Of a stretch of DNA of 64,000 nucleotides, positions 8,833-18,393 are shown piece after piece. The notes beneath the pieces were generated by a model, which saw only the letters and a program-made list of their open reading frames with translations, ran no database searches and was not told the origin of the DNA. Positions within the stretch are counted from its first letter, which is position 1. The number at the start of each line of letters is the position of its first letter. A program made the position numbers and the translations under genes. The stretch is from Phycisphaerae bacterium (GTDB lineage: Bacteria > Planctomycetota > Phycisphaerae > UBA1845 > Fen-1342), in assembly GCA_050115495.1 (NCBI GenBank), contig JASFQK010000004.1, positions 125,609-189,608 on the forward strand, read 5' to 3'.

Positions 8833-9888
8833 ATGATCAGGTCAAAAAGGGCGGCCTTTACTCTGATTGAGCTGCTGGTGGTGGTGGCGATCATCGCGCT
8901 GCTCATCTCCATCCTGCTGCCCAGCCTGAGCCAGGCCCGTGAGCAGGGCAAGAAGGCCGTGTGCATGTCGAACCTCAAGTCGATCGCCCAGGCCTCGCAC
9001 GCCTACGCCGCCGACGACGTACGCGAGCAGCTCGTCCCGCTGCACATCTCGCACGTGTCGAGCACGTCGTCCCAGGGCTTCGGGGCCGAGTGGTCGTGGC
9101 GCACGGCCGCCCCGTACGCTTTCGGCGGTCGCACGCCGACCAAGCCGTTCGTCGGCAACGGCGGCAACGAGAGCGTCATGATGAACCCGAGCGGCATCTG
9201 GGCCGCCCACACGCGTCCACTCAACCGGTACGTCTACGGCGACATCGACCAGGCGGATTCGAAGAAGCTGGAGATGTATCACTGCCCGTCGGACAGAGGC
9301 TACCCCGACAACCCCCGGTGGATTCAGGACGCACCGAACGACTGCGCCGAGATCCCGCTGTACGACATGCTGGGCAACGGCTACCGCATCAACACGTGCG
9401 GCCTGGGCTGGGTCCAGGGCAACCAGGACGCCGGCACCGTGTCGGTCAGTGCCTGGGGCCACGCGGCCTCGACGGTCGACAACCCCTCGCGGACGGTGCT
9501 CTACTCCGAGCCGCTGTTCTACAACTTCAGCCGGCAGGAAATCGACCAGGACCCGACGCTGGTGCCCATCGAAGGCTGGCACCGCCGCGTGATGTCGGAC
9601 AACGTCGCCTACTGCGACGGCTCCGGGAAAATGACCCGAGTGGATCAGCTCTCGAAGTTCGATGGCGTGACGATCGGCGCGATGAACGTGACGCGGGCGT
9701 TTGACTGGACCTACTTCCTGCGTCGCGGCCGCACGTGGCAAACGGACTGCTACCCGTCGCCCGGCGCTCTGATCCAGATCTACAACCCCAACGGCTCGCT
9801 GTTCTTCGACGCCGCCGGCTACATTGCCACCTCGGGTTACCGCGGCTGGCCGTTCGACGGCATTCGCGCGAACACGCCGCCGAACTAG
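8833..9888 (+). CDS. Prepilin-type N-terminal cleavage/methylation protein, paralog 3
   Basis: MIRSKRAAFTLIELL... after AAGGAGA RBS; same architecture as paralogs 1 and 2. Confidence 0.92.
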   Translation: MIRSKRAAFTLIELLVVVAIIALLISILLPSLSQAREQGKKAVCMSNLKSIAQASHAYAADDVREQLVPLHISHVSSTSSQGFGAEWSWRTAAPYAFGGRTPTKPFVGNGGNESVMMNPSGIWAAHTRPLNRYVYGDIDQADSKKLEMYHCPSDRGYPDNPRWIQDAPNDCAEIPLYDMLGNGYRINTCGLGWVQGNQDAGTVSVSAWGHAASTVDNPSRTVLYSEPLFYNFSRQEIDQDPTLVPIEGWHRRVMSDNVAYCDGSGKMTRVDQLSKFDGVTIGAMNVTRAFDWTYFLRRGRTWQTDCYPSPGALIQIYNPNGSLFFDAAGYIATSGYRGWPFDGIRANTPPN

Positions 9889-9922
9889 ACCGGCTCACCG
9901 ATACCACACTCTACTCAAGAGC

Positions 9923-9953
9923 GCCGCCCGGCCCAGCGCCGGGCGGCTTCATT
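9923..9953 (+). terminator. Terminator hairpin after paralog 3 (between convergent genes)
   Basis: GCCGCCCGGC-CCAGC-GCCGGGCGGC-TTCATT; homologous to the other two terminators. Confidence 0.65.
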
Positions 9954-9980
9954 GTATGTGGCGTTGGCGGGCGGCAGTCG

Positions 9981-11675
9981 TCACGACTTCCTCGCCTGCT
10001 GACGGACTGCAATCAGTTCCTTCATCACGATGTGCAGCGTGTCCTTGTGTCCCGCGACGCCGAAGGCATCGTGCAGTTGCATGTACAGGTGATAGAGCTG
10101 CGCGTAGACGCCGGCGCGGGCCTTGTCGGGGCGGAAGACCTTGTCCTTGACACCGGTCATCTTGCGCTGCGCGGCCGGGATCGTCTTGTACACGCCGCCG
10201 ACCACCGCTCCGCAGATCGCCGCCCCCAGCGCACACGACTGCGCCGAGCGGCTCAGCTTCATGGGCCGGTTGCACACGTCGGCGTAGATCTGCATGACGA
10301 GGTCGTTCTTCTCGGCGATGCCGCCGCAATTCACGACCTCCTTCACGCGGACGCCGTATTCCTCGAAGCGGTTGATGATGGTCAGGGCGCCGAAAGCGGT
10401 GGCTTCGATGAGGGTGCGGTAGACTTCGGCGGCGGTCGTGTGCAGGGACTGCCCGACGAGCAGGCCGCTGAGCAGGGGGTCGACGAGCACGGTGCGGTTA
10501 CCGTTGTTCCAGTCGAGGGCCAGCAGGCCGCTTTCACCGGGACGAAGGCGAGCCGCCTGCTGTGTCAGGGCGGCGTGCGTTTCGGCGGGGCTGCGACCGC
10601 TGGGAGCGAGGTGCCCCACGAACCACTGGAAGATGTCGCCGACGGCGGACTGGCCGGCTTCGAGCCCATACATGCCAGGAATGACCGAGCCGGGGACGAT
10701 GCCGCACAGGCCGGGGATGTCGTCCAGGTTCTCGTCCTCGGGCCAGACGGTGACGTCGCACGTGCTGGTGCCGATGATCTTGACCAGCGTTCCCGGTTTC
10801 ACGCCGGCGCCGACGGCTCCGAGGTGAGCGTCGAGGGCGCCGACCGCGACGGGGACGCCGGCGGGCAGGCCGACCTTGCGGGCCAGGGCCGCGGTGAGCG
10901 TGCCGGCGGATTGATCGCTCGTCACGGTCTCTTTGGCGTAATGGTCGCGCAGCTCCCCGAGAGCCGGATCGATCGACGCCAGGAACCGCTTCGGCGGCAG
11001 ACCGCCCCACGCCTCGTGGAACATCGCCTTGTGACCGGCGGCACAGCGGCAGCGGCACATCGTGTCCGGGTCGGCGTTGCCGGTCAGGTACGCCGGAATG
11101 AGGTCCGCCAGCTCGACCCAGCTATACGCGGCCTTGAACACCTTCGGCGCGGTGCGTTTGCAGTGCAGGGCCTTGGACCAGTACCACTCGCTCGAATACG
11201 TGCCGCCGCACTTGCTGAGCAGGCCCTGGCGGCTGCGCTGCGCCTTCTTCGTGATCTCGGCGGCCTCGGCGTAGCTGGTGTGGTCCTTCCACAGCCAGGC
11301 CTGGGCGGAGAGGTCGTTCTTGAACGTATCGTGCAGGGCGAGGGCGACGCCGTCGCGGTCCACCGGGATCGGCGTGGAGCCGGTGGTGTCGACGCCGATG
11401 CCGACGACACGCTGCGGGCTGAAGCCGCGCGTGCCGGCCGCGAGTTGCAGGGCTTTCCTCACCGAAGCGATGAAGCCGCGGATGTAGTCCGCGGGATTCT
11501 GGCGGGCGAGGTTGGGATCACGCGAATCCAGAAGGATGCCGTCCCGGCCGCTCGGATAGGCGTAGACGTGCGTCGCGATCTCGCGTCCGTCGCTCACGTC
11601 GACGATCAGGGCTCGGACGCTGTTCGTTCCGAAATCGACGCCGATGGCGTAGCTGGGAGTCTCCGACTTACTCAC
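9981..11675 (-). CDS. araB: L-ribulokinase (FGGY family)
   Basis: GTG start with AGGAGG RBS; AIGVDFGTNSVRA, GIGVDTTGSTPIPVD, WKDHT, YSSEWYWSK, AAGHKAM, LDWNNGNRT, IEATAFG. Confidence 0.9.
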   Translation of the reverse strand: MSKSETPSYAIGVDFGTNSVRALIVDVSDGREIATHVYAYPSGRDGILLDSRDPNLARQNPADYIRGFIASVRKALQLAAGTRGFSPQRVVGIGVDTTGSTPIPVDRDGVALALHDTFKNDLSAQAWLWKDHTSYAEAAEITKKAQRSRQGLLSKCGGTYSSEWYWSKALHCKRTAPKVFKAAYSWVELADLIPAYLTGNADPDTMCRCRCAAGHKAMFHEAWGGLPPKRFLASIDPALGELRDHYAKETVTSDQSAGTLTAALARKVGLPAGVPVAVGALDAHLGAVGAGVKPGTLVKIIGTSTCDVTVWPEDENLDDIPGLCGIVPGSVIPGMYGLEAGQSAVGDIFQWFVGHLAPSGRSPAETHAALTQQAARLRPGESGLLALDWNNGNRTVLVDPLLSGLLVGQSLHTTAAEVYRTLIEATAFGALTIINRFEEYGVRVKEVVNCGGIAEKNDLVMQIYADVCNRPMKLSRSAQSCALGAAICGAVVGGVYKTIPAAQRKMTGVKDKVFRPDKARAGVYAQLYHLYMQLHDAFGVAGHKDTLHIVMKELIAVRQQARKS

Positions 11676-11916
11676 GCTGTTCAACCTCCTTCGGATGGGC
11701 TGACCCGCAAACGTCACCGGCGCTCGCCGACGCGGCGACAACGTGTGCTTACGTTACCGTGTTTGGCGGCGTAGCGCAAGTCCGCCATATTCGGTGCCGG
11801 TTTGCACGGGCTATCGTGCTTCGCGCCCGCCGGCTGGCTGGCTACGATGCCACCTCGCGGGCGGACGCCGTACGCCGCCCGATTTCGACCGACATCTTCC
11901 CACAAGAGGTACCAGC

Positions 11917-12948
11917 ATGAGTCAGACCGTAGCGCACGTGTCCTCTCGCCGTTGGCTGTTCGGCGTTTCGCTTTCCCTCCTGCTTGTCGGCGGCTGTCCG
12001 ATCATGCCTTGCTGGTTCTGTGACAATCTGATCGAGGAGGCGGTCTGCCGCGTCCGGCGGTCGGAGCTCTGCACGATCGTCTTTCAGGTCAACGGCGTCA
12101 ACGCACTGAACGAGACGACCGGCGTGTATGAAACGCAGTCGTACTCGTTTTTCGCGACCAACCCCGACAACGCCACGGTGTGCTATGAGCTGCTCTACGA
12201 TCTGACGAACTGGACCACGACGGTGTCGTCGATGCCGCTGATGGATGTGGCGTATGAAGACCTGCGTGACGTGACCATGACCGAATCCGAGGCCCGGGCG
12301 CTGTTGGTCGCCGCCGGCTTCGAGGAGGATTTCCTCGGCTGGTCGCTCTACCGGCCGGCGTATGCGGGCATGGAAAGCGCGCTGTACGTCTTCAATTACG
12401 GCGACGAAGTCGTGACCGTGGATACGGAGACGGAGGCTGTCGGCGGGCAGATCGTGTCCACCACGCCGCCGGTCAGCGCCGCTCCCGGCGACGACAGCGT
12501 CAGCCTGGCCATGATTGCTGCCGCCGATACCCGCATCAAGCAGGAGGATCCGGCGGCGATCATCATCTGGGCCGGTGGACGCGTCGGCAGCGGCGAATCG
12601 CTGACCAGCCCCGGCGACACCAACGTCTGGGACTTCGTCGCCGGCGCCCTCGACGCAAATGGCGTCACCGTCTGGCGGCTCTCGTATGACGGCGAGTGGC
12701 AGGTCGCCGAGCTGCCCACGCCGCCGTACGGCATCGTGTTCCTGGATCTGGCGACCCACCTGACGCTCGACGTGGTCGAGGCCTGGGCACTGGTCGTCGA
12801 CGCCGGCTACGACCCGCCGTTCTCGTCGTGGGAGGTGTTCCAGCCGCTGAACGCCACTGCGGAGAATCCGATCTACGTGTTCCCCAGCAGCGCCGGCTAC
12901 GTGATCGTCGACGCCGCTACCGGCGAGGTCTGGCTCGAGACGCGATAA
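11917..12948 (+). CDS. Hypothetical acidic lipoprotein with two PepSY-like internal repeats
   Basis: LLLVGGC lipobox-like; two related halves: ...EARALLVAAGF...WSLYRP...LYVF...VTVDTETEAV and ...EAWALVVDAGY...WEVFQP...IYVF...VIVDAATGEV. Confidence 0.6.
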   Translation: MSQTVAHVSSRRWLFGVSLSLLLVGGCPIMPCWFCDNLIEEAVCRVRRSELCTIVFQVNGVNALNETTGVYETQSYSFFATNPDNATVCYELLYDLTNWTTTVSSMPLMDVAYEDLRDVTMTESEARALLVAAGFEEDFLGWSLYRPAYAGMESALYVFNYGDEVVTVDTETEAVGGQIVSTTPPVSAAPGDDSVSLAMIAAADTRIKQEDPAAIIIWAGGRVGSGESLTSPGDTNVWDFVAGALDANGVTVWRLSYDGEWQVAELPTPPYGIVFLDLATHLTLDVVEAWALVVDAGYDPPFSSWEVFQPLNATAENPIYVFPSSAGYVIVDAATGEVWLETR

Positions 12949-15900
12949 CACACGATCGTGACGCGGCGCGCCGCACGGCGCGCCGCGAAGTCTTCAGCCC
13001 CAGCACGCCCAATAGGCTGAGCGTCAGCAGCGGCAGGCTGACGAAGCCGCATGGCCCGACGAATTGCACGGTGGTCGTCTTGTCCTCGACGACGACCCCT
13101 CCCGGCTCGTTGTCGGTGGCCTGCTCGGCGAGGATCTCGATGCGGGCGCTCGCACTGCGGGCGGTGCTGCCGTCGGTGGACGCTTCGGCCCACAGATCAA
13201 TCTGGCCGCCGTCGAGCACTTGCAGCACGACCGCCACGTCGAGCTCACCCTCCGCCGGCACGGTGCCCACCTGCACGTAGGCCAGTTCGCCCTGGAGCAC
13301 GGCCGATAGCAGGCCGCCGCCGTCGGCCAGCTCGGCGCGGAGGAAGAGCACTTCCGCGGGGACGAGGAGCGTGAGCACGACGTGCTCGGCGGCGATGTTG
13401 CCGGAGTTGCTGAGCCGCCAGATGCAGACGATCTCGTCGCCGATGTCGGCTGCGGTGCTGCTGCCCTGGTGGTCGACGGTCAGGGCGGCGTAGCCCTGTT
13501 CCGTCGAGCTGCGGCGGTTGTTGTCGACGTCGTCGGACTCGGCCACGTTGTTGTCGGCGTCGAGCACGACAACGATGCGCACGTTTTGGCCGTCGAAGAT
13601 CTGCCGGGCCAGCAACTGGTTCCCCAGGTCCACCGTGACGATGTGCGGCCCGGGCTGCACCAGCTCGTCACAGGCCGGCGTATCGGTAAACACATCGTCG
13701 ATCGTGCCGTCGCCGTCGGTGTCGAGCCCCAGGCGGATGACGAAGTCGGGCACGGCCGCCGGGCTGTTGACGGCGTAGACGATGCGCGCGGTGCCGGCTC
13801 CGCCCTGGATGTCCGTGACCAGCGATTCGATGGCCAGGTCGACGGTGAGCGTGGCGGTGGCGGTGTTGTCGTCCTCGTTCGCTTCGCGGATGTCGTCGTC
13901 TGCGTCGAGCAGAGCGACCAGCCGATCGCCGCAGCAGATCGCCTGGTTCAGATCGGGTCGCACGTCTCCCAGGTCGATGGCGTGTACGCCGGGACAACGC
14001 AGGGCCACGTCGTCGACGATCACGCCCGCGAAGGGCACATCCAGCGGCGTTCCATTCCCCGTATCGCGCTCGAGGCCGTAAAGGACCGTGAACGTGCCGA
14101 CCGTCTCGCCGGTGATCGAGTAGGTCAGCGTCGCCGTCGTGGTCGTTGCGACGGCGTTGATGACGATGGCGGCGCCCAGAAGGTCGGGGCCGCTGCTCAC
14201 GCGGAACGGGCTCGAGTCGACCGAGGTCCGGCCCGCTGCCGAGGCCCGCAGGCGGTAGCTGTCACACACGGGAGCGACCGTTACGTTCTGCGTGTCGCCG
14301 AACGTTCCCAAGCCGGCGACCGTGTTCACGGTCGGGGTGCCCTTGAGCTCGCCGCCGCAGCCGTTCGCATCGAGCAGGCTGAGCGTGATCGCCTCGCTGA
14401 CGTTCACCCGGTGGTCGAGGGCGTCGACGATCTCGACCGTAACGGCCAGCGGCGTGGCTACGTTGGTGTCCACCGGTTGCTGCACGAAGCGCAGATGGTC
14501 CGGCGGGCCCGGCGTGAACGTCACGCTGGCCGTCTGCGTGATGACGACGCCGTTGGTATCGTCCGTGGCCCGCAGCGTCACCGTCTTGGGCGTGATCGAA
14601 CGCACGGCGAAGGTCACCACACCCGAAGCGTCCGACGGACCCGACGGGGCGCTGACCGTCACGTCCGCCGCTCCGCCGGCGATCACCGTCAGCGACACGT
14701 CGTGGTCGAACACCGCATGCCCGGCGGCGTTGCGCAGCATCACCGTGATCACCTCGACGTCGGCGCCGTCCGCCACGGCTGTGCCGTCCGCGTTGCCGAC
14801 CGTCGAATTCCCGGCGTGCGTGACGTTGGCGGTGAAGTTGACGTTCGCCGTCTGCGTGATGACGACGCCGTCGGTGTCGTCCGTGGCCTGGAAGGTGACC
14901 AGCTTGGCCTGCGTCGCGCTCACCGTGAACGTCACCACGCCGGCGGCGCTGGACGGGCCGGACGGGGCGCTGATCGTCACGTTGGCCACGCCGCCGGCAC
15001 TTACCGCCAGCGAGACGTTGTGCCCGGCGACGGCGTGCCCCAAGGCGTTGCGCAGCGTGACCGTAATCTGCTCGGTCTCGACCCCGTCCGCCACGGCCGC
15101 GCCGTCCGTCGCCACGACGGCCGAGTTCCCCGCGTCACTGATATTTGGCGTGAAATCGACCAACGCCGTCTGCGTGATGGTGACGCCGTCGGTGTCGTCG
15201 GTGGCCTCGAAGGTGACGCTCTTGGATTCCGTCGAGGAGACGGTGAACGTCACTACGCCCGAGGCGTCGGACGGCCCCGACGCGGTGCCGATCGTGACGT
15301 TTGCCGCCCCCCCTGTGGCGACCGCGAGCGCTACGTTGTGGCCGGCCAGCGGATTGCCGGCGGCGTTCAGCACCGTCACCGTGATGAGTTCGGTATCCAC
15401 GCCGTCCGCGATGGCCGCTCCGTCAGCCGCCGTCACGGTCGCCACGTTCGCGTCGGTGACGTTCGCCGTAAAGGCCACGTCGGCGGTCTGCGTGATGACC
15501 ACGCCGTCGGTTTCATCCGTAGCCTGGAGCGTGATCGTCCTCACCGCGGTCGACGAGACGGTGAATGTCACCACACCGGATCCGTCCGACGCGCCCGAGG
15601 GGGCGCTCACGGTAACGCCGCCGGTACCGCCGGCGATCACGGCCAGGGACACCGTATGCCCCAGGAGCGGATCGTTCGATGCGTTACGCACCGTTACGGT
15701 GATGAGTTCCGTGTCGAGCCCGTCGGCCACGGCACCGCCGTCAGCGGCCACAACCGTCGACGTGTTCGCGTCGACCAGGTTCGGCGTGAAGTCGACGACC
15801 ACCGTCTGCGTGATGACGACGGCGTCGGTGTCATCCGTGGCCTGGAAGGTGACGGTCTTGGTTTCGGTCGAGCTGACGGCGAACGTGACCACGCCGGACG

Positions 15901-18115
15901 CGTCCGACGGGCCCGACGGTGCACCGATCGTGATGTTCGTGGCCCCGCCGGCGATGATCGCCAGCGAGACGTTGTGGCCGGGGACCGGATTGCCCAGGCC
16001 GTTTAGCAGCGTGACCGTGATCGTCTCGGTGTCAACACCGTTGGCGACCGCGCTACCGTCGTTGGTGGTCACGGTGGAGTTGCCCGCATCGGTGACGTTC
16101 TGCGTGAAGTCGACGTCGACCGTCTGCGTGACGGTGACGCCGTCGGTTACGTCCGTGGCCCGCAGCGTCACCGTCTTGGCCTCGGTCGCGCTGACGGTGA
16201 AGGTCGCCACACCCGAGGCGTCCGTCGGACCGGACGGCCCATTGATCGTGACGTTCGCCGAGCCGCCGGCGACGACCGCCAGCAACACGGTGTGCCCGAA
16301 GACGGCGTTGCCGCTGGCGTTTCGCAGGGTCACCGTGATGAGTTCGGCGTCCACGCCGTCGGCTACTGCGGTACCGTCGACGTTGGCCAGCGTCGAATTG
16401 CCGGCGTGGCTGATGTTTGGCGTGAAGTCGACATCCGCCGTCTGTGTGACGACCACGCTGTTCGTGACGTCGGTGGCCTGGAACGTGACCGTCTTCGACT
16501 CGGTGGCGCTGACCGTGAACGTCACGACGCCGCTGGCATCCGACGGGCCGGACGGGGCGCTGATGGTGACGTTGGCTGCGCCGCCGGCGCTCACGGCCAG
16601 TGACACCGTGTGTCCGAAGACGGCGTGTCCGAGCGCGTTGCGCAGCGTGACCGTGATCGTCTCGGTCTCGACACCGTCGGCGACGGCACTGCCATCCGCC
16701 GCTGCGACCGTCGAGTTCCCGGCGTCCGTGATGTTGGGCGTGAACGTGACGCCCGCGGTCTGCGTGATGACCACGCCGTCCGTGTCGTCGGTGGCCTGGA
16801 ACGTGACGGCCTTCGCTTCCGTCGAGCTGACGGTGAACGTCACGACGCCACTGGCGTCCGACGGGCCGGACGGGGCGCTGATGGTGACGTTCGCGGCTCC
16901 GCCGGTGGCCACCGCGAGCGACACGTTGTGCCCGACGAGCGGGTGGTTGGCGGCGTTCAGCAGCGTCACGGTGATCAGCTCGGTGTCGACCCCATCGGCG
17001 ACCGCACCGCCGTCGGCGGCGACGACGGTGGCCGCGCCGGCGTCGGTGACGTTGGGCGCGAAGATCACATCCGCCGTCTGCGTGATGACGATGCCGTCGG
17101 TCTCGTCGGTGGCCTGAAGCGTGACCGTCTTGGCCTCGGTGGCGCTGACGGTGAAGGTGACGATGCCGTCGCTGCCCGATACGCCGGAGGGAGCGCTGAT
17201 GTTCACGTTGGCCGCGCCGCCGGCGATGACCGCCAGTGACACCGTCCGCCCGCTGAGCGTCGCGCCCGCGACGTTGCGCACGGTTACCGTGATGAGCTCG
17301 GTGTCGAGCCCGTCGGCCACGGCCGTACCGTCGGCGGCGACGACGCTGGACGTCCCCGCGTCGGTCAGGTTCGGCGTAAAAGTGATGTCCACCGTTTGTG
17401 TGACGGCGACGCTGTTCGTGTCGTCCGTCGCCTGGAGCGTGACCACCTTCGATTCGGTCGCCGTCACCGTGAACGTCACGACGCCGTTCATGGTCGACGG
17501 GCCGGACGGGGCGCTGATGTTGACGTTCGCCGCGTCGCCGGCAATCACCGCCAGCGACACGTCGTGCCCGAAGACGGGATGACCCAGGCTGTTCAGCAGC
17601 GTGATGGTGACCAGCTCCGTCTCCACGCCGTTGGCGACCGCGGTCCCGTCCACCGTCGCCACGGTGGAGTTGCCGGCGTCGGTGATGTTCGGCGTGAAGC
17701 TCACGTCGGCGGTTTGCGTGATAACGATGGAGTCGGTCAGGTCGATCGCCTGGAAGGAGACGACCTTGGAGATGGAGGAGCTCACGGCGAAGGTGACCAC
17801 GCCGGACGCGTTCGACGAGCCGGAGGGGGCACCGATCGTCACGCCATTAGAACCGCCGGCGGCGATGGCCATCAGCACGTTGTGGCCGACGACCGGCGTC
17901 GTTCCGTCGGCGGCGAGCAGCGTCACGGTGAGCAGCTCAGTGTCCACATTGTCAGCCACAGCCGCTCCGTCAGCCGCCACGAGGGTGGACTGGTCGGAGT
18001 CGGTCTGGGCGCAGGCGCAGGTGAGTGGACCGACGGCGATGAGCAAGGGCCCGATAACCCCGCCAATGCGCCGCGCCGCAGACTGCGCGACAAACCCCGG
18101 AAGTGACCGAATCAT
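12917..18115 (-). CDS. Large surface adhesin-like protein: 11 invasin/intimin Big_1-like Ig repeats, CARDB/DUF11-like domains, C-terminal Cys-Gly/TM/Arg-rich anchor
   Basis: Signal-like N-terminus; ~106-aa repeats ADG..TE.ITVTL.N..G..V.GH.VSL...GPSDASGVVTFTV...T.QATD..DGVVITQTA.V.F; DADNNVAESDD (CARDB-like); C-terminus GPCGFVSLPLLTLSLLGVLGLKTSRRAVRR. Confidence 0.85.
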   Translation of the reverse strand: MIRSLPGFVAQSAARRIGGVIGPLLIAVGPLTCACAQTDSDQSTLVAADGAAVADNVDTELLTVTLLAADGTTPVVGHNVLMAIAAGGSNGVTIGAPSGSSNASGVVTFAVSSSISKVVSFQAIDLTDSIVITQTADVSFTPNITDAGNSTVATVDGTAVANGVETELVTITLLNSLGHPVFGHDVSLAVIAGDAANVNISAPSGPSTMNGVVTFTVTATESKVVTLQATDDTNSVAVTQTVDITFTPNLTDAGTSSVVAADGTAVADGLDTELITVTVRNVAGATLSGRTVSLAVIAGGAANVNISAPSGVSGSDGIVTFTVSATEAKTVTLQATDETDGIVITQTADVIFAPNVTDAGAATVVAADGGAVADGVDTELITVTLLNAANHPLVGHNVSLAVATGGAANVTISAPSGPSDASGVVTFTVSSTEAKAVTFQATDDTDGVVITQTAGVTFTPNITDAGNSTVAAADGSAVADGVETETITVTLRNALGHAVFGHTVSLAVSAGGAANVTISAPSGPSDASGVVTFTVSATESKTVTFQATDVTNSVVVTQTADVDFTPNISHAGNSTLANVDGTAVADGVDAELITVTLRNASGNAVFGHTVLLAVVAGGSANVTINGPSGPTDASGVATFTVSATEAKTVTLRATDVTDGVTVTQTVDVDFTQNVTDAGNSTVTTNDGSAVANGVDTETITVTLLNGLGNPVPGHNVSLAIIAGGATNITIGAPSGPSDASGVVTFAVSSTETKTVTFQATDDTDAVVITQTVVVDFTPNLVDANTSTVVAADGGAVADGLDTELITVTVRNASNDPLLGHTVSLAVIAGGTGGVTVSAPSGASDGSGVVTFTVSSTAVRTITLQATDETDGVVITQTADVAFTANVTDANVATVTAADGAAIADGVDTELITVTVLNAAGNPLAGHNVALAVATGGAANVTIGTASGPSDASGVVTFTVSSTESKSVTFEATDDTDGVTITQTALVDFTPNISDAGNSAVVATDGAAVADGVETEQITVTLRNALGHAVAGHNVSLAVSAGGVANVTISAPSGPSSAAGVVTFTVSATQAKLVTFQATDDTDGVVITQTANVNFTANVTHAGNSTVGNADGTAVADGADVEVITVMLRNAAGHAVFDHDVSLTVIAGGAADVTVSAPSGPSDASGVVTFAVRSITPKTVTLRATDDTNGVVITQTASVTFTPGPPDHLRFVQQPVDTNVATPLAVTVEIVDALDHRVNVSEAITLSLLDANGCGGELKGTPTVNTVAGLGTFGDTQNVTVAPVCDSYRLRASAAGRTSVDSSPFRVSSGPDLLGAAIVINAVATTTTATLTYSITGETVGTFTVLYGLERDTGNGTPLDVPFAGVIVDDVALRCPGVHAIDLGDVRPDLNQAICCGDRLVALLDADDDIREANEDDNTATATLTVDLAIESLVTDIQGGAGTARIVYAVNSPAAVPDFVIRLGLDTDGDGTIDDVFTDTPACDELVQPGPHIVTVDLGNQLLARQIFDGQNVRIVVVLDADNNVAESDDVDNNRRSSTEQGYAALTVDHQGSSTAADIGDEIVCIWRLSNSGNIAAEHVVLTLLVPAEVLFLRAELADGGGLLSAVLQGELAYVQVGTVPAEGELDVAVVLQVLDGGQIDLWAEASTDGSTARSASARIEILAEQATDNEPGGVVVEDKTTTVQFVGPCGFVSLPLLTLSLLGVLGLKTSRRAVRRAASRSCVIASRARPRR
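14510..18005 (-). repeat. 11 intragenic tandem ~318-bp repeats (Ig-like domains)
   Basis: Counted 11 units from TDSDQSTLVAADG to VTHAGNSTVGNADG; boundaries approximate. Confidence 0.85.
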
Positions 18116-18303
18116 CGGGAGTGATTATCGGGTAAGCGGACCCCAGTATTCATAAAACGTGCAGGGTCTTCAATGGGGCGGATTGTTAGTTTTTATGGCG
18201 TAATGGTTTACGTGCGCTTCTCCGCACAAAAAAACGTCGACATCTCATGCCCGGGTTTTGCTCTGTCGCCGGGCGATTCGGGAGCGGTTCACTCCCAGCG
18301 CAA

Positions 18304-18336
18304 GAAGCCGGCCGGGCGTTCGACCCGGCCGGCTTC
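18304..18336 (-). terminator. Hairpin downstream of the aldehyde dehydrogenase
   Basis: GAAGCCGGCCGGG-CGTTCGA-CCCGGCCGGCTTC, a 13-bp inverted repeat; weak U-tail. Confidence 0.55.
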
Positions 18337-18393
18337 ACGTGGATCCCAAGTCGCCGCGGGGCTATCCCGCGCCGCGTCTAGCTCACGTCGGCG

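Noticed and set aside
5844..9888. Diversity-generating retroelement behind the variable pilin-like paralogs
   Set aside because: No reverse transcriptase or separate template repeat in the window; differences include an indel and do not look adenine-specific.
13382..17117. Long plus-strand ORFs (874 and 941 aa) opposite the adhesin, and similar ORFs at 11-1255, 9735-11774, 18598-20130, 22758-25394, 26505-28931 and 41946-43985
   Set aside because: Antisense shadows of real genes in high-GC DNA; no recognisable motifs.
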